Origin: Gammaproteobacteria bacterium
GTDB taxonomy: Bacteria; Pseudomonadota; Gammaproteobacteria; Nitrosococcales; Methylophagaceae
NCBI GenBank assembly: GCA_014859375.1
Contig: JACUUH010000008.1
Coordinates: 1,705-65,704 of the forward strand
DNA: 64,000 nucleotides
Direction: 5' to 3'
Shown: piece by piece, positions 29,080 through 38,776 of the stretch
Layout of the letters: the number at the start of each line of letters is the position of its first letter
Position numbering within the stretch: the stretch's first letter is position 1
Translations under genes and position numbers: made by a program
The notes under the pieces: model-generated
The model's input: the letters and a program-made list of their open reading frames with translations, nothing else
Database searches by the model: none
Told to the model about the DNA's origin: nothing

Positions 29080-29329
29080 ACAATCATGGTTCGTTTATAT
29101 CATTGAAGCTGAAAACGGCCATTTATATACCGGTATCACCACTGATTTGACGCGACGACTCACGCAACATCAAACCAAACAAAATGGCGCCCGCTTTTTT
29201 CATACCAGTGCAGCCAAACAATTTGTCTATCACGAAACCCATCCAGATCGCAGTAGCGCATCTAAACGTGAAGCCGCAATCAAAAAACTATCACGTCAAG
29301 CCAAAATCAATCTTATCGAAAACAAGTAA
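29069..29329 (+). CDS. GIY-YIG nuclease family protein (YhbQ/UPF0213-like)
   Basis: 86 aa. [28 protein letters not shown] is a GIY-YIG core. Its start overlaps the last 11 nt of msrB. Confidence 0.8.
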   Translation: MMTEQSWFVYIIEAENGHLYTGITTDLTRRLTQHQTKQNGARFFHTSAAKQFVYHETHPDRSSASKREAAIKKLSRQAKINLIENK

Positions 29330-29383
29330 GGTCATGTATAATGGCGAGTTTTTTGAAACTCCCAAGACAACAGGATTACTCTC

Positions 29384-30979
29384 TTGCTTACTACTGCAAA
29401 TATCACCATGCAATTTGGTGCTAAGCCACTTTTTGAAAATGTATCGGTAAAATTCGGCGACGGTAATCGCTACGGCCTTATCGGTGCCAATGGATGTGGT
29501 AAATCGACATTCATGAAAATCATTTCCAAACAGCTGGAACCAACATCAGGCAACGTCAGTTACGATGTCAATGAAACCTTTGCTGTGTTGAAACAAGATC
29601 AGTTTGCTTATGAAGATCAGCGCGTTATTGATGTTGTTATTATGGGTAACAAAGCATTATGGGAAGTACATCATGAACGTGATCGTATCTATAATCTTGC
29701 TGAAATGTCTGAAGAAGATGGTCTAAAAGTCGCTGAACTTGAAGGTCTATACGCTGAAATGGATGGTTACACTGCCGAATCGCGTGCGGGCGAATTACTG
29801 TTGGGTGTTGGTATTCCGATTGAACAACATTACGGCCCAATGAGTGAAATTGCTCCTGGTTGGAAGTTACGTATTTTACTTGCTCAGGTCTTGTTTGCTG
29901 AACCTGACATCATGTTACTCGATGAACCTACTAACCACTTGGATATCAACACCATTCGTTGGTTAGAAGATGTGATCAATCAACGTAGCGGCACCATGAT
30001 TATCATCTCGCATGATCGCCATTTCTTAAACAGTGTTTGTACTCATATGGCTGATATGGACTTTGGTGAACTCCGTATTTATCCCGGTAACTATGATGAA
30101 TACATGCTGGCATCAACTCAGGCTCGTGCCCGTCAAATTGCTGATAATGCTAAGAAAAAAGCACAAATCCTAGAGCTTCAAGATTTCGTACGTCGCTTCT
30201 CTGCCAATGCATCTAAAGCCAAACAAGCCACATCTCGTGCCAAACAAATTGATAAAATCCAGCTTGATGACATCAAACCGTCAAGCCGTGTTAATCCTTA
30301 TATTCACTTTGAACAAGAAAAGAAATTATTCCGAAATGCGGTTGAAGTAAGCAAGATTAGCCAAAGCTATGATGACAATGTGCCGTTGTTCACCGATTTT
30401 AGCTTTATGTCTGAAGTCGGTGAACGTATTGCAATCATCGGTCCTAATGGTATTGGTAAATCAACGTTAGTTAAGACTTTAGCAAATGAAATGACACCTA
30501 AATCGGGCGAAATAAAATGGTCTGAAAATGCCAATATCGGTTATTACGCCCAAGATCATGAAGCGCTATTTAATAATGATTTAAACCTGTTTGAATGGAT
30601 GCAACAATGGGGTAGCCCATCAGATGATGAACAAGTCATTCGCGGTACATTGGGTCGCCTGTTGTTTTCTGGTCATATCATTGATAAAAAAGCCAGAGTA
30701 TTATCAGGTGGTGAAAAAGGTCGGATGATGTTTGGTAAGTTGCTTTTGCAAAAACCAAATATTTTGATTATGGATGAACCAACTAACCATATGGATATGG
30801 AATCCATCGAATCATTAAATATGGCACTGAGTCAGTATGACGGTACATTGTTCTTTGTCAGCCATGATCGTGAATTTGTATCTTCACTCGCTACACGTAT
30901 TTTTGATATGACGGAAAACGGCATTACTGATTTCCGTGGTACATACGAAGAATATTTGGTAAGCCAAGGTATCAAATAA
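29384..30979 (+). CDS. ybiT: ABC-F family ATPase YbiT
   Basis: 531 aa with TTG start. (M)[45 protein letters not shown] parallels the E. coli YbiT N-terminus, which supports the TTG start. Confidence 0.9.
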   Translation: MLTTANITMQFGAKPLFENVSVKFGDGNRYGLIGANGCGKSTFMKIISKQLEPTSGNVSYDVNETFAVLKQDQFAYEDQRVIDVVIMGNKALWEVHHERDRIYNLAEMSEEDGLKVAELEGLYAEMDGYTAESRAGELLLGVGIPIEQHYGPMSEIAPGWKLRILLAQVLFAEPDIMLLDEPTNHLDINTIRWLEDVINQRSGTMIIISHDRHFLNSVCTHMADMDFGELRIYPGNYDEYMLASTQARARQIADNAKKKAQILELQDFVRRFSANASKAKQATSRAKQIDKIQLDDIKPSSRVNPYIHFEQEKKLFRNAVEVSKISQSYDDNVPLFTDFSFMSEVGERIAIIGPNGIGKSTLVKTLANEMTPKSGEIKWSENANIGYYAQDHEALFNNDLNLFEWMQQWGSPSDDEQVIRGTLGRLLFSGHIIDKKARVLSGGEKGRMMFGKLLLQKPNILIMDEPTNHMDMESIESLNMALSQYDGTLFFVSHDREFVSSLATRIFDMTENGITDFRGTYEEYLVSQGIK

Positions 30980-30987
30980 ATCCACCA

Positions 30988-31017
30988 AGAGTCCATTCAA
31001 AATGGACTCTTTTTTTA
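30988..31017 (+). terminator. rho-independent terminator after ybiT
   Basis: AGAGTCCAT-TCAAA-ATGGACTCT followed by TTTTTT. Confidence 0.85.
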
Positions 31018-31081
31018 AGTACTTCCTTGAATTAGATAGTCATGCTACCTTGTATGAACACTATTCAAAGGAGATAGGATT

Positions 31082-31642
31082 ATGCTTACTCAACGGCTAA
31101 CTTTCGCCCGACTATTAAGACTTTTTGTCAGTTTTATTATACTGACACTGTCGTTCTCAGCCTATGCTGATTCTGCCGCAGAAATAAATATTGGTGTCAA
31201 AGAAACCCTGAAACGTTTTCGAACAGATGTGCCTGGTGGCAGTGAATTTTTAGCACAAGCTAAAGGTGTACTGGTTTTTCCAACCGTGATCAAAGCCGGC
31301 TTTGGCATCGGTGGTGAATATGGCGAAGGTGCCCTGCAAGTTGGTGGCAAAACCGTTGCTTATTACAGCACTGCCGCAGCATCAATCGGTTTTCAGATCG
31401 GTGCTCAATCAAAATCGGTTGTAGTTATTTTCATGACCAACGACGCATTAACAAACTTTCAAAACAGTGATGGCTGGAAAGCGGGTGTCGATGGTTCGGT
31501 AGCAGTAGTTGAATGGGGTGCAGCCAAAGATATCAATACCATCGACATCAAAGATCCTATTCTTGGCTTTGTTTTCAGTAATAAAGGCTTGATGTATAAT
31601 CTAACGCTTGAAGGCTCAAAATTTACTAAACTTGTGAAATAA
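31082..31642 (+). CDS. secreted SYLF (Ysc84-like, DUF500) lipid-binding domain protein
   Basis: 186 aa. Signal peptide. GVLVFPTVIKAGFGIGGEYGEGAL...YYS.AAASIGFQIGAQS is typical of the SYLF domain. Confidence 0.7.
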   Translation: MLTQRLTFARLLRLFVSFIILTLSFSAYADSAAEINIGVKETLKRFRTDVPGGSEFLAQAKGVLVFPTVIKAGFGIGGEYGEGALQVGGKTVAYYSTAAASIGFQIGAQSKSVVVIFMTNDALTNFQNSDGWKAGVDGSVAVVEWGAAKDINTIDIKDPILGFVFSNKGLMYNLTLEGSKFTKLVK

Positions 31643-31645
31643 ATA

Positions 31646-31987
31646 ATGGCAACTGAACAACACTACCCAGAAAAAACCTGTGATATTACGCGCCTTGTGA
31701 CGCATCCAAAACTGGTTGAAGCGGCTTTAAATGGTCAAAAAACCGAACAACGCCGTGATGGTGTTTATGCCTATCCCGGTGAATCCTTTGAATTAGAAGG
31801 TATGTTGTTTACTGTAACAGGACTTGAACGCCAAACGCTGGGCGATATGACCGATGCCAGCGCACAAGCCGAAGGCTATCCAAATATGGAAGCATATAAA
31901 GCACTTATTTTAAGAATGCATCAAGGCATGGAATGGAACCCAGAACACAAAGTCTGGGTTCACCAATTTCAGAAAGCACTGCCTTAA
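31646..31987 (+). CDS. ASCH domain (PUA-like, YqfB-like) protein
   Basis: 113 aa. ITRLVTHPKLVEAALNGQKTEQRR and DMTDASAQAEGYPNMEAYKALI resemble the E. coli YqfB ASCH layout. Confidence 0.55.
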   Translation: MATEQHYPEKTCDITRLVTHPKLVEAALNGQKTEQRRDGVYAYPGESFELEGMLFTVTGLERQTLGDMTDASAQAEGYPNMEAYKALILRMHQGMEWNPEHKVWVHQFQKALP

Positions 31988-31999
31988 AATTTGAACAGC

Positions 32000-32320
32000 T
32001 TAAGAATGCCGCTCATTTTCGCGCATTAGCGCAAATGATTTAACGCACTGTTCAAATAGTTTTCTCTTAATCTCAGCAACTCTATAGCCGTCATCAATCT
32101 CTGAATAGACCTTGTCAGCAAGTAGTCTTTCATTGGGGTTATCAACGCCTCGTAAAACCTCATCCAAACTTTTGTTGGCTTGTTTAGCTGCTTGATATTT
32201 TGCCGCTAAACTTGAGTAGGTATGACATTGACTCATATCTTCTTCTGTAAGATCAGCTGCATAAGCAGTCGATAGCATAAGATAAGTAAAAATCGATATT
32301 ATTATGTATTTTTTAATCAT
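32000..32320 (-). CDS. small secreted hypothetical protein
   Basis: 106 aa. Signal peptide (..LSTAYA/AD), two Cys, helical. No family recognised. Confidence 0.55.
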   Translation of the reverse strand: MIKKYIIISIFTYLMLSTAYAADLTEEDMSQCHTYSSLAAKYQAAKQANKSLDEVLRGVDNPNERLLADKVYSEIDDGYRVAEIKRKLFEQCVKSFALMRENERHS

Positions 32321-32385
32321 ATTGTCTTGCGCCAGTTCAGCTTGATGAAAACGCTATCGAATGATGCGATCATGAATTGCGTTAT

Positions 32386-32595
32386 TTAATCTTCGATTCT
32401 AAAACCAACTTTGATCGTAACTTGCCAATATTTGACACCACCTTGTTCAATATAACCACGAGTTTCAACAACTTCAAACCAATGTAAGTTTTTGATCGTT
32501 TCAGATGCTTTTGCAATAGCATTTTGAATCGCTTGATCCGAGCTTTCAGCTGAGCTACCGGTCAATTCAATCGTTTTGTACGTATGTTCAGTCAT
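32386..32595 (-). CDS. dodecin family flavin-binding protein
   Basis: 69 aa. YKTIELTGSS..S.DQAIQNAIAKASETIKNLHWFEVVETRG.I..G.V..WQVTIKVGF is the dodecin pattern. Confidence 0.75.
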   Translation of the reverse strand: MTEHTYKTIELTGSSAESSDQAIQNAIAKASETIKNLHWFEVVETRGYIEQGGVKYWQVTIKVGFRIED

Positions 32596-32615
32596 AACAA
32601 TACTCCTTCATTTCA

Positions 32616-33509
32616 TTATTTGCGTATATAAATAAACCAATAAAACAATCCAACAAAGACACTGCCACCAATGATATTACCCAAGGTAACTGGTAATAAA
32701 TTATTCCAAAGAAAACCACTGATAGTCAGGCTATCTAATGGCAGGTGTGCCAATAACTGCACTATTTCAGGTTGCTGTTTAGCCAATAACCCCGCACTTA
32801 TAAAGTACATATTTGCCACTGAATGTTCAAAACCCAAGGCAACAAATGCAGTGATTGGGAAAATAATCGCAACCACTTTATCAATGACAGTTCGTCCGGC
32901 AAAACATAACCATATAGCAAGACATACCAGAATATTACATAAAATACCTCTGGTGAATGCTTCCATCCAGCTTAAATTCACTTTGTCATTAGCAATGGTT
33001 ATAGCTTTAGCGCCAACAGCACCTTGGCCGATAAGCCAATGCCCACTCAAATAAATCAACACCAATACACCAATAGCGCCGACAAAGTTACCAAGATAGA
33101 CTATCACCCAATTTTGCAATAACTGTGGCAATGTCACCTTATTGTCAACATAGGCCATAACAATTAAATTATTACCGGTGAACAATTCCGCACCGGCAAC
33201 TACAACTAAGATCAACCCCAAACAAAAAACAAACCCACCTAACAATCTCATTACGCCAGCAGCAATATTCGCGCTGTCATAGGTCACAAGAGTATAAAAT
33301 AAGGCACCAAAAGCAATAAACGCACCCGCTAATATAGCAAGGGCAAACACTCTTAATCGGTCACTACCACTTTTAACAATACCCGCATTTTGTATGCGAG
33401 CAGCAATTTCTTTGGGGGCGTAAGCATCTACTGAAAAGTTATCCATATCCACATTGTAATCATTGAAAAACACCGTGCCATTCTGCATGATTTTGCTGGC
33501 TGTGTGCAT
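32616..33509 (-). CDS. formate/nitrite transporter (FNT) family channel
   Basis: 297 aa with six TM helices. AGAELFTGN and GFEHSVANM are FNT signature segments. Confidence 0.88.
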   Translation of the reverse strand: MHTASKIMQNGTVFFNDYNVDMDNFSVDAYAPKEIAARIQNAGIVKSGSDRLRVFALAILAGAFIAFGALFYTLVTYDSANIAAGVMRLLGGFVFCLGLILVVVAGAELFTGNNLIVMAYVDNKVTLPQLLQNWVIVYLGNFVGAIGVLVLIYLSGHWLIGQGAVGAKAITIANDKVNLSWMEAFTRGILCNILVCLAIWLCFAGRTVIDKVVAIIFPITAFVALGFEHSVANMYFISAGLLAKQQPEIVQLLAHLPLDSLTISGFLWNNLLPVTLGNIIGGSVFVGLFYWFIYIRK

Positions 33510-33637
33510 AGTTACCGCTAAAAATATTTAACAGACTGATTTAACTGTATTTTATAGTTAAACATGCGTATAATCGCTGAATTAGTTTCCTCCCCCATAT
33601 CAGTTTTACTTTTAAACTGACTTTCACAGGTTTATAC

Positions 33638-35449
33638 ATGTCCACATCAGAACAAACTCCAACACTCTCCTTTGCGGAGCTAGGCCTCGCTGCACCCGTT
33701 TTACAAGCCGTTAATGAAGCAGGTTATGAAACCCCTTCACCTATTCAAGCACAAAGTATCAAGCCACTGTTAGAAGGTAGAGATCTTCTAGGTCAAGCGC
33801 AAACCGGTACAGGTAAAACCGCTGCTTTCGCATTACCGCTACTTAGCCGTTTAGATACAAAATTAAAAATGCCGCAAATGTTGGTGTTAGCACCAACACG
33901 CGAATTAGCAATTCAAGTAGCTGAAGCAATTCAAAGTTACGCCAAACACATGAAAGGTTTCCATGTATTGCCAATTTATGGTGGTCAGAGCATGGGCATT
34001 CAATTAGGTCAATTAAAACGTAATCCACAAGTAATTGTTGGTACGCCGGGTCGTATTCTCGATCATATTCGTCGAGGCACCTTACAATTAGGCGAGCTCA
34101 AATCTTTAGTATTAGATGAAGCCGATGAAATGTTACGCATGGGTTTCATTGATGATGTTGAAACTATCTTGAAAGAAACACCAGCAGAACGTCAGGTTGC
34201 ATTGTTTTCAGCAACCATGCCAGGACCAATTCACCGTGTTGCCTCACGTTATTTGAAAGATCCCGTTGAAATTCATATCAAGTCAAAAACGACAACGATG
34301 GAAACGATCAATCAACGTTATTGGCAAGTAACAGGCATGCATAAACTAGATGCCTTGACTCGTATTCTGGAAGTTGAAACATTTGATGCGATGATTATTT
34401 TTGTTCGCACAAAAAATGCTACTACTGAACTGGCAGAAAAACTTGAAGCCCGTGGTTATTCCAGTTCACCGCTAAATGGCGATATGAACCAAGCTGGACG
34501 TGAGAAAGCTATCGATCGCATGAAAAGAGGCAAACTTGATATTCTGGTTGCCACTGATGTGGCTGCCCGTGGTTTGGATATCGAACGCATAAGCCATGTT
34601 GTTAACTACGATATTCCTTATGATACAGAATCCTATGTACATCGTATTGGTCGTACTGGTCGTGCTGGTCGCAAAGGTGAGGCAATTCTGTTTGTATCAC
34701 CTCGTGAAAAACGGATGTTATTCGCAATTGAAAAAGCGACACGTCAACCGATTACCTTAATGAACTTACCAAGCACGGAAGACATTGCTGATCGTCGTGT
34801 CACTCAATTTACTCAACAGTTAAGTGAAACGATTGAATCTCAAGATTTAAGCTTCTTTGAAACAATTATTTCTAGCTACACACAAGAGCATAATGCTGAT
34901 CCAATCGAAGTAGCAGCCGCCTTGACTTATCTTGTGCAAAAAACACGTCCACTCAAACCTGTTATTCATAAAACTGAACGTCCTGCTCGTGAAGATCGTC
35001 CACAGCGTGATTCTCGTAGCGAACGCGGTAGTGAAACAAGACAAGATCGTGAACGCTCACCTCGACGTGGCGCACAACGTAGTGAACATAAACCAGAACA
35101 AGATATGGACAGCTTCCGTATTGAAGTCGGTAAAAATGATGGTGTCGAAGCCAAAAACATCGTCGGTGCAATTGCCAATGAAGCAGGTATCGACAGTAAA
35201 GATATTGGTCGTATTACCATTAATGAAACCCATAGCATCGTTGATTTACCCAAAGGCATGCCACGCGACTTATACCAACAACTTCGCAAAGTATGGGTTA
35301 ATAACAAACAACTCAATATTACCTTGGCAACAGGTGACATCGAGCACGGTACCGATACACGCGAACGTAAACCAAGACGTACAGGTAAAGCACGCACTCG
35401 TCCGCGTGATGCCGCACGACGCCCAGGTTTAAAACGTAAATCAGTCTAA
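33638..35449 (+). CDS. deaD: DEAD-box ATP-dependent RNA helicase DeaD/CsdA
   Basis: 603 aa. Q motif, AQTGTGKT, DEAD, SAT, HRIGRTGRAG, a DbpA-like C-terminal domain and an Arg/Glu-rich tail. Confidence 0.93.
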   Translation: MSTSEQTPTLSFAELGLAAPVLQAVNEAGYETPSPIQAQSIKPLLEGRDLLGQAQTGTGKTAAFALPLLSRLDTKLKMPQMLVLAPTRELAIQVAEAIQSYAKHMKGFHVLPIYGGQSMGIQLGQLKRNPQVIVGTPGRILDHIRRGTLQLGELKSLVLDEADEMLRMGFIDDVETILKETPAERQVALFSATMPGPIHRVASRYLKDPVEIHIKSKTTTMETINQRYWQVTGMHKLDALTRILEVETFDAMIIFVRTKNATTELAEKLEARGYSSSPLNGDMNQAGREKAIDRMKRGKLDILVATDVAARGLDIERISHVVNYDIPYDTESYVHRIGRTGRAGRKGEAILFVSPREKRMLFAIEKATRQPITLMNLPSTEDIADRRVTQFTQQLSETIESQDLSFFETIISSYTQEHNADPIEVAAALTYLVQKTRPLKPVIHKTERPAREDRPQRDSRSERGSETRQDRERSPRRGAQRSEHKPEQDMDSFRIEVGKNDGVEAKNIVGAIANEAGIDSKDIGRITINETHSIVDLPKGMPRDLYQQLRKVWVNNKQLNITLATGDIEHGTDTRERKPRRTGKARTRPRDAARRPGLKRKSV

Positions 35450-35456
35450 ACAGTAA

Positions 35457-35484
35457 AGCCTCCGACTCTGGGGGCTTTTTTTTA
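35457..35484 (+). terminator. rho-independent terminator after deaD
   Basis: AGCCTCC-GACTCT-GGGGGCT followed by TTTTTTTT. Confidence 0.75.
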
Positions 35485-35533
35485 TTGACTAGATGACTTT
35501 ATCTCTTGCACCGCTAATGTAAGAATACGCTCT

Positions 35534-36763
35534 ATGTTAAATTTCATTTGGATTGCTTTTTTCACTATCGCCTTTAGTGTGGCACTGATAAAGCTATTGC
35601 TATTAGGTGATACTGAAATATTCGGTCAATTAATGACTGCCATGTTTAGTCTGTCAAAATCCGCATTTGAGATCTCACTTGGCCTAACGGGTATCCTGGC
35701 ATTGTGGTTAGGTATTATGCGTATTGGTGAACGTAGCGGCTTTATCGACTTACTGACTAGAGGTCTAACGCCACTATTTGCAAAGTTAATGCCTGATGTG
35801 CCTCGCAATCATCCTGCTTTAGGGGCAATGGTGATGAATATTTCGGCTAATGCATTAGGCTTAGATAATGCTGCCACCCCACTTGGCATTAAAGCTATGC
35901 AAGAACTGCAGAAATTAAATCCATTAAAAGATACGGCAAGTAATGCACAAATCTTGTTCTTAGTAATTAATACGTCAGCCGTTACCTTATTTCCCATCAC
36001 CATTTTCACCTATCGTGCACAAATGGGGGCAGCAAATCCGACTGATGTGTTTATCCCCATATTGATTGCAACCTATGCTTCGACATTAATAGGTCTATTG
36101 GCCGTTGCAGCAGTACAAAAAATCAACCTTCTGGATAAAGTAATTCTCAGTTATTTGGGCGGCTTCACCCTATTGATCGCAGCCTTATTAAGCTACTTCG
36201 CCAGCTTGCCACAAGCACAGATGCTGGCACAATCCGCATTAATAAGTAACGTTATTCTGTTTTCACTGGTTATGCTGTTCATTGCTGGTGCCATTGTTAA
36301 AAAGGTTAATGCGTATGAGGCCTTTATTGAAGGGGCGCAACAAGGCTTTACAACGGCAATCAAGATCATTCCCTACCTTGTGGCAATGTTAGTGGCAATA
36401 GGTGTTTTTCGTGCCAGTGGTGCCCTTGATATGCTTGCAGGTGTAGTCAGGCAAGTTGTATTAGCATTGAATCTGGATGATCGTTTTATTGATGCACTGC
36501 CAACGGCCTTGATCAAACCATTCAGTGGCAGTGGCGCACGAGCAATGATGATTGATACCATGCAGACCTATGGTGCCGATTCCTTTTCTGGACGATTAGC
36601 ATCAATCGTTCAGGGCAGTACTGAGACAACTTTTTATGTGCTTGCCGTTTATTTTGGTTCTGTTGGCATTAAGAATATTCGTCATGCTGCAAGCTGTGGA
36701 CTTATCGCAGATTTTGCAGGCATAGTCACCGCAATCGCAGTTGCTTATTGGTTCTTTGCCTGA
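35534..36763 (+). CDS. nucleoside recognition (Gate) domain membrane protein, fused SpmA/SpmB-like
   Basis: 409 aa polytopic protein. The two halves resemble spore-maturation SpmA and SpmB / FeoB-gate domains (LGIMRIGERSG, NAATPLGIKAM). Confidence 0.6.
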   Translation: MLNFIWIAFFTIAFSVALIKLLLLGDTEIFGQLMTAMFSLSKSAFEISLGLTGILALWLGIMRIGERSGFIDLLTRGLTPLFAKLMPDVPRNHPALGAMVMNISANALGLDNAATPLGIKAMQELQKLNPLKDTASNAQILFLVINTSAVTLFPITIFTYRAQMGAANPTDVFIPILIATYASTLIGLLAVAAVQKINLLDKVILSYLGGFTLLIAALLSYFASLPQAQMLAQSALISNVILFSLVMLFIAGAIVKKVNAYEAFIEGAQQGFTTAIKIIPYLVAMLVAIGVFRASGALDMLAGVVRQVVLALNLDDRFIDALPTALIKPFSGSGARAMMIDTMQTYGADSFSGRLASIVQGSTETTFYVLAVYFGSVGIKNIRHAASCGLIADFAGIVTAIAVAYWFFA

Positions 36764-36869
36764 TTTTGTTAGGCTAGCAGATAATCCCTGATTTTTCCTG
36801 TCCTTCACTCAACCTAATCTGGTAAATTTCATCACCCGTTCAGTATCTTGTACTCCAAGTTATGCAGTA

Positions 36870-37547
36870 ATGACTTTGGTTAAGAACGTCGACTTATTCT
36901 GTCTGGAGATAACATGCTTGAACACTTTCTCATATCTAAATGACGCTCTTTTTGAGCAAATTACCGAAACGCTAACAACACGTGGTTATTGCGTATTAAC
37001 TGATTTTCTAAATCCAGAATTAACAGCATCATTACAACGACGTGTTATGAATCTTGATGATGATGACTTCAAACATGCAGGCATAGGTCGTGAGCACGGT
37101 TTTCAGGTTGAAAACACCATACGTACTGATGAAACACGTTGGTTAAGTGATCAGCACCCTGTTGATGCCATGTTTTTACAATATATGTCTGAATTCAAAT
37201 TAGCGTTAAACCGACACTTGTTTTTAGGTTTATTCGACTATGAATGTCACTATGCACACTATGCGCCGGGTGCATTTTACAAAAAACACCTCGACGCATT
37301 TAAAGGTGAAGCTAACCGGGTTCTAAGTACCGTAATGTACTTTAATAAAGACTGGCAACAAGACGATGGCGGCCAGTTACTGATTTATCACCCTGAATCT
37401 GGCGATGTTATCGAATCCATTAACCCAGAATACGGTACGTTTGTTGTTTTTATGAGTGAAGAATTTCCACACCAAGTAGTAAAATCAAAACGTGACAGAT
37501 ACAGTATCACTGGTTGGTTTCGTATTGATCGACCATTATTACGTTGA
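36870..37547 (+). CDS. 2OG-Fe(II) oxygenase, prolyl 4-hydroxylase-like
   Basis: HxD (KKHLDAF), distal His (FPHQV) and RYSITGWF 2OG-binding Arg. The real start may be TTG at 36918, which is preceded by GGAG 9 nt upstream; ATG 36870 has no SD. Confidence 0.75.
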   Translation: MTLVKNVDLFCLEITCLNTFSYLNDALFEQITETLTTRGYCVLTDFLNPELTASLQRRVMNLDDDDFKHAGIGREHGFQVENTIRTDETRWLSDQHPVDAMFLQYMSEFKLALNRHLFLGLFDYECHYAHYAPGAFYKKHLDAFKGEANRVLSTVMYFNKDWQQDDGGQLLIYHPESGDVIESINPEYGTFVVFMSEEFPHQVVKSKRDRYSITGWFRIDRPLLR

Positions 37548-37559
37548 TTGGATTAACTT

Positions 37560-38117
37560 ATGTACCGTGATTTTGATATCTTAAAGTTAGGTCATCCGCA
37601 CCTGAGATTAACTGCAGAGGCAGTTAATGATGTAGCGAGTGATGATAATCAGGTCTTATTCAAGCGTTTACTAGCATTTGTAATAGCTCAACAAGGCATG
37701 GGGATAGCTGCGCCACAGGTGGATATTTCTCAACGCTTTTTTATGATGTCATCTCATCCCAACTCACGCTATCCACATGCACCGCTTATGCAACCAACGG
37801 TTGTTATTAATCCGGAAATACTGTGGATGTCAGATCACCAACAAAAAGAGTGGGAAGGCTGTTTAAGTGTGCCTGGAGTTAGGGCTTTAGTCCCTAGACA
37901 CACCGAGATTGATGTTCGCTATACATTAGCAACTAATGACATCGTTCAAATTCGCTATTCAGGCTTCCTTGCACGTGTGTTTCAACATGAATATGACCAT
38001 TTAAATGGTTTGGTCTTTCTTGATCGAATCGAAACCAGCCATGACATTATGGTTGAAGATGAGTGGCAGAAACGCATTGCCAATCACGATCAACATGCCA
38101 GCAATATTGCGTTTTAA
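37560..38117 (+). CDS. def: peptide deformylase
   Basis: 185 aa. GMGIAAPQV, EGCLSVPG and QHEYDHLNG motifs. Confidence 0.93.
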   Translation: MYRDFDILKLGHPHLRLTAEAVNDVASDDNQVLFKRLLAFVIAQQGMGIAAPQVDISQRFFMMSSHPNSRYPHAPLMQPTVVINPEILWMSDHQQKEWEGCLSVPGVRALVPRHTEIDVRYTLATNDIVQIRYSGFLARVFQHEYDHLNGLVFLDRIETSHDIMVEDEWQKRIANHDQHASNIAF

Positions 38118-38135
38118 ACCATCGAGAATTTTATA

Positions 38136-38762
38136 ATGCTTGACTATACTGAGTACACCAAATTTCTAATATCACTCCTTGCCGTGGTCAATCCAATAGG
38201 TGTTGTGCCTATTTTTATTACTATGACTGCCGATCTAAACAGTGCGGAACAACGACGCATCGCTAAATTAGTGGTGTTGGCTACAGCAACCGTCTTGTTG
38301 ATTTCATTATTTTTCGGTGAATTAGTGTTAAATTTCTTTGGAATTAGTATTAATTCATTTCGTGTTGGTGGTGGCATCATGTTGCTGTTAATGGCGATTT
38401 CAATGCTACATACCTCACATACAACAATTAGACAACATCGTGAAATTGCAGAGCAGGCAAGTGAATCAATGGCTGTAGTGCCATTAGCCATTCCTTTATT
38501 AGCAGGCCCAGCAGCGATCAGTACCGTGATTATCAATGCGTACAAAGGTCATGGTGTTGAACACTATGTATTGATGTCCCTCGATATTATCGCCCTGACC
38601 GTAATTCTAGCGCTACTTTTCTTGCTGATGCCCTGGATTGCTTCGCGCATTAGTACCTTAGGGATCAATATTTCAACCCGTATTATGGGCCTGATTTTAG
38701 CAGCGATTGCCGTTGAATTTATTGCAAATGGTTTGAAAGGCTTGTTCCCGGTGTTAGCCTAG
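38136..38762 (+). CDS. MarC family (UPF0056/NAAT) integral membrane protein
   Basis: 208 aa with six TM helices. AVVNPIGVVPIF and the overall pattern are typical of MarC/YhgN. Confidence 0.8.
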   Translation: MLDYTEYTKFLISLLAVVNPIGVVPIFITMTADLNSAEQRRIAKLVVLATATVLLISLFFGELVLNFFGISINSFRVGGGIMLLLMAISMLHTSHTTIRQHREIAEQASESMAVVPLAIPLLAGPAAISTVIINAYKGHGVEHYVLMSLDIIALTVILALLFLLMPWIASRISTLGINISTRIMGLILAAIAVEFIANGLKGLFPVLA

Positions 38763-38776
38763 GCCTAGGCCATTTC

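Noticed and set aside
29184-29450. An 88-aa ORF spanning the GIY-YIG gene and the ybiT start.
   Set aside because: It is out of frame with two well-supported genes and crosses the intergenic region. There are no motifs.
34932-35432. Long alternative-frame ORFs (166 aa on plus, 143 aa and 69 aa on minus) inside the 3' part of deaD.
   Set aside because: They overlap the Arg/Glu/Asp-rich low-complexity tail of DeaD, where purine-rich repeats suppress stop codons in other frames. Their translations are compositionally odd (Val/Asn/His-rich or Ser/Arg/Leu-rich) with no motifs. They are shadow ORFs.
38757-38772. CCTAGGCCTAGGCC overlapping palindromes between convergent marC and the hypothetical gene.
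   Set aside because: The stems are only 4-5 bp, which is too short for a terminator. This is most likely a chance palindrome.
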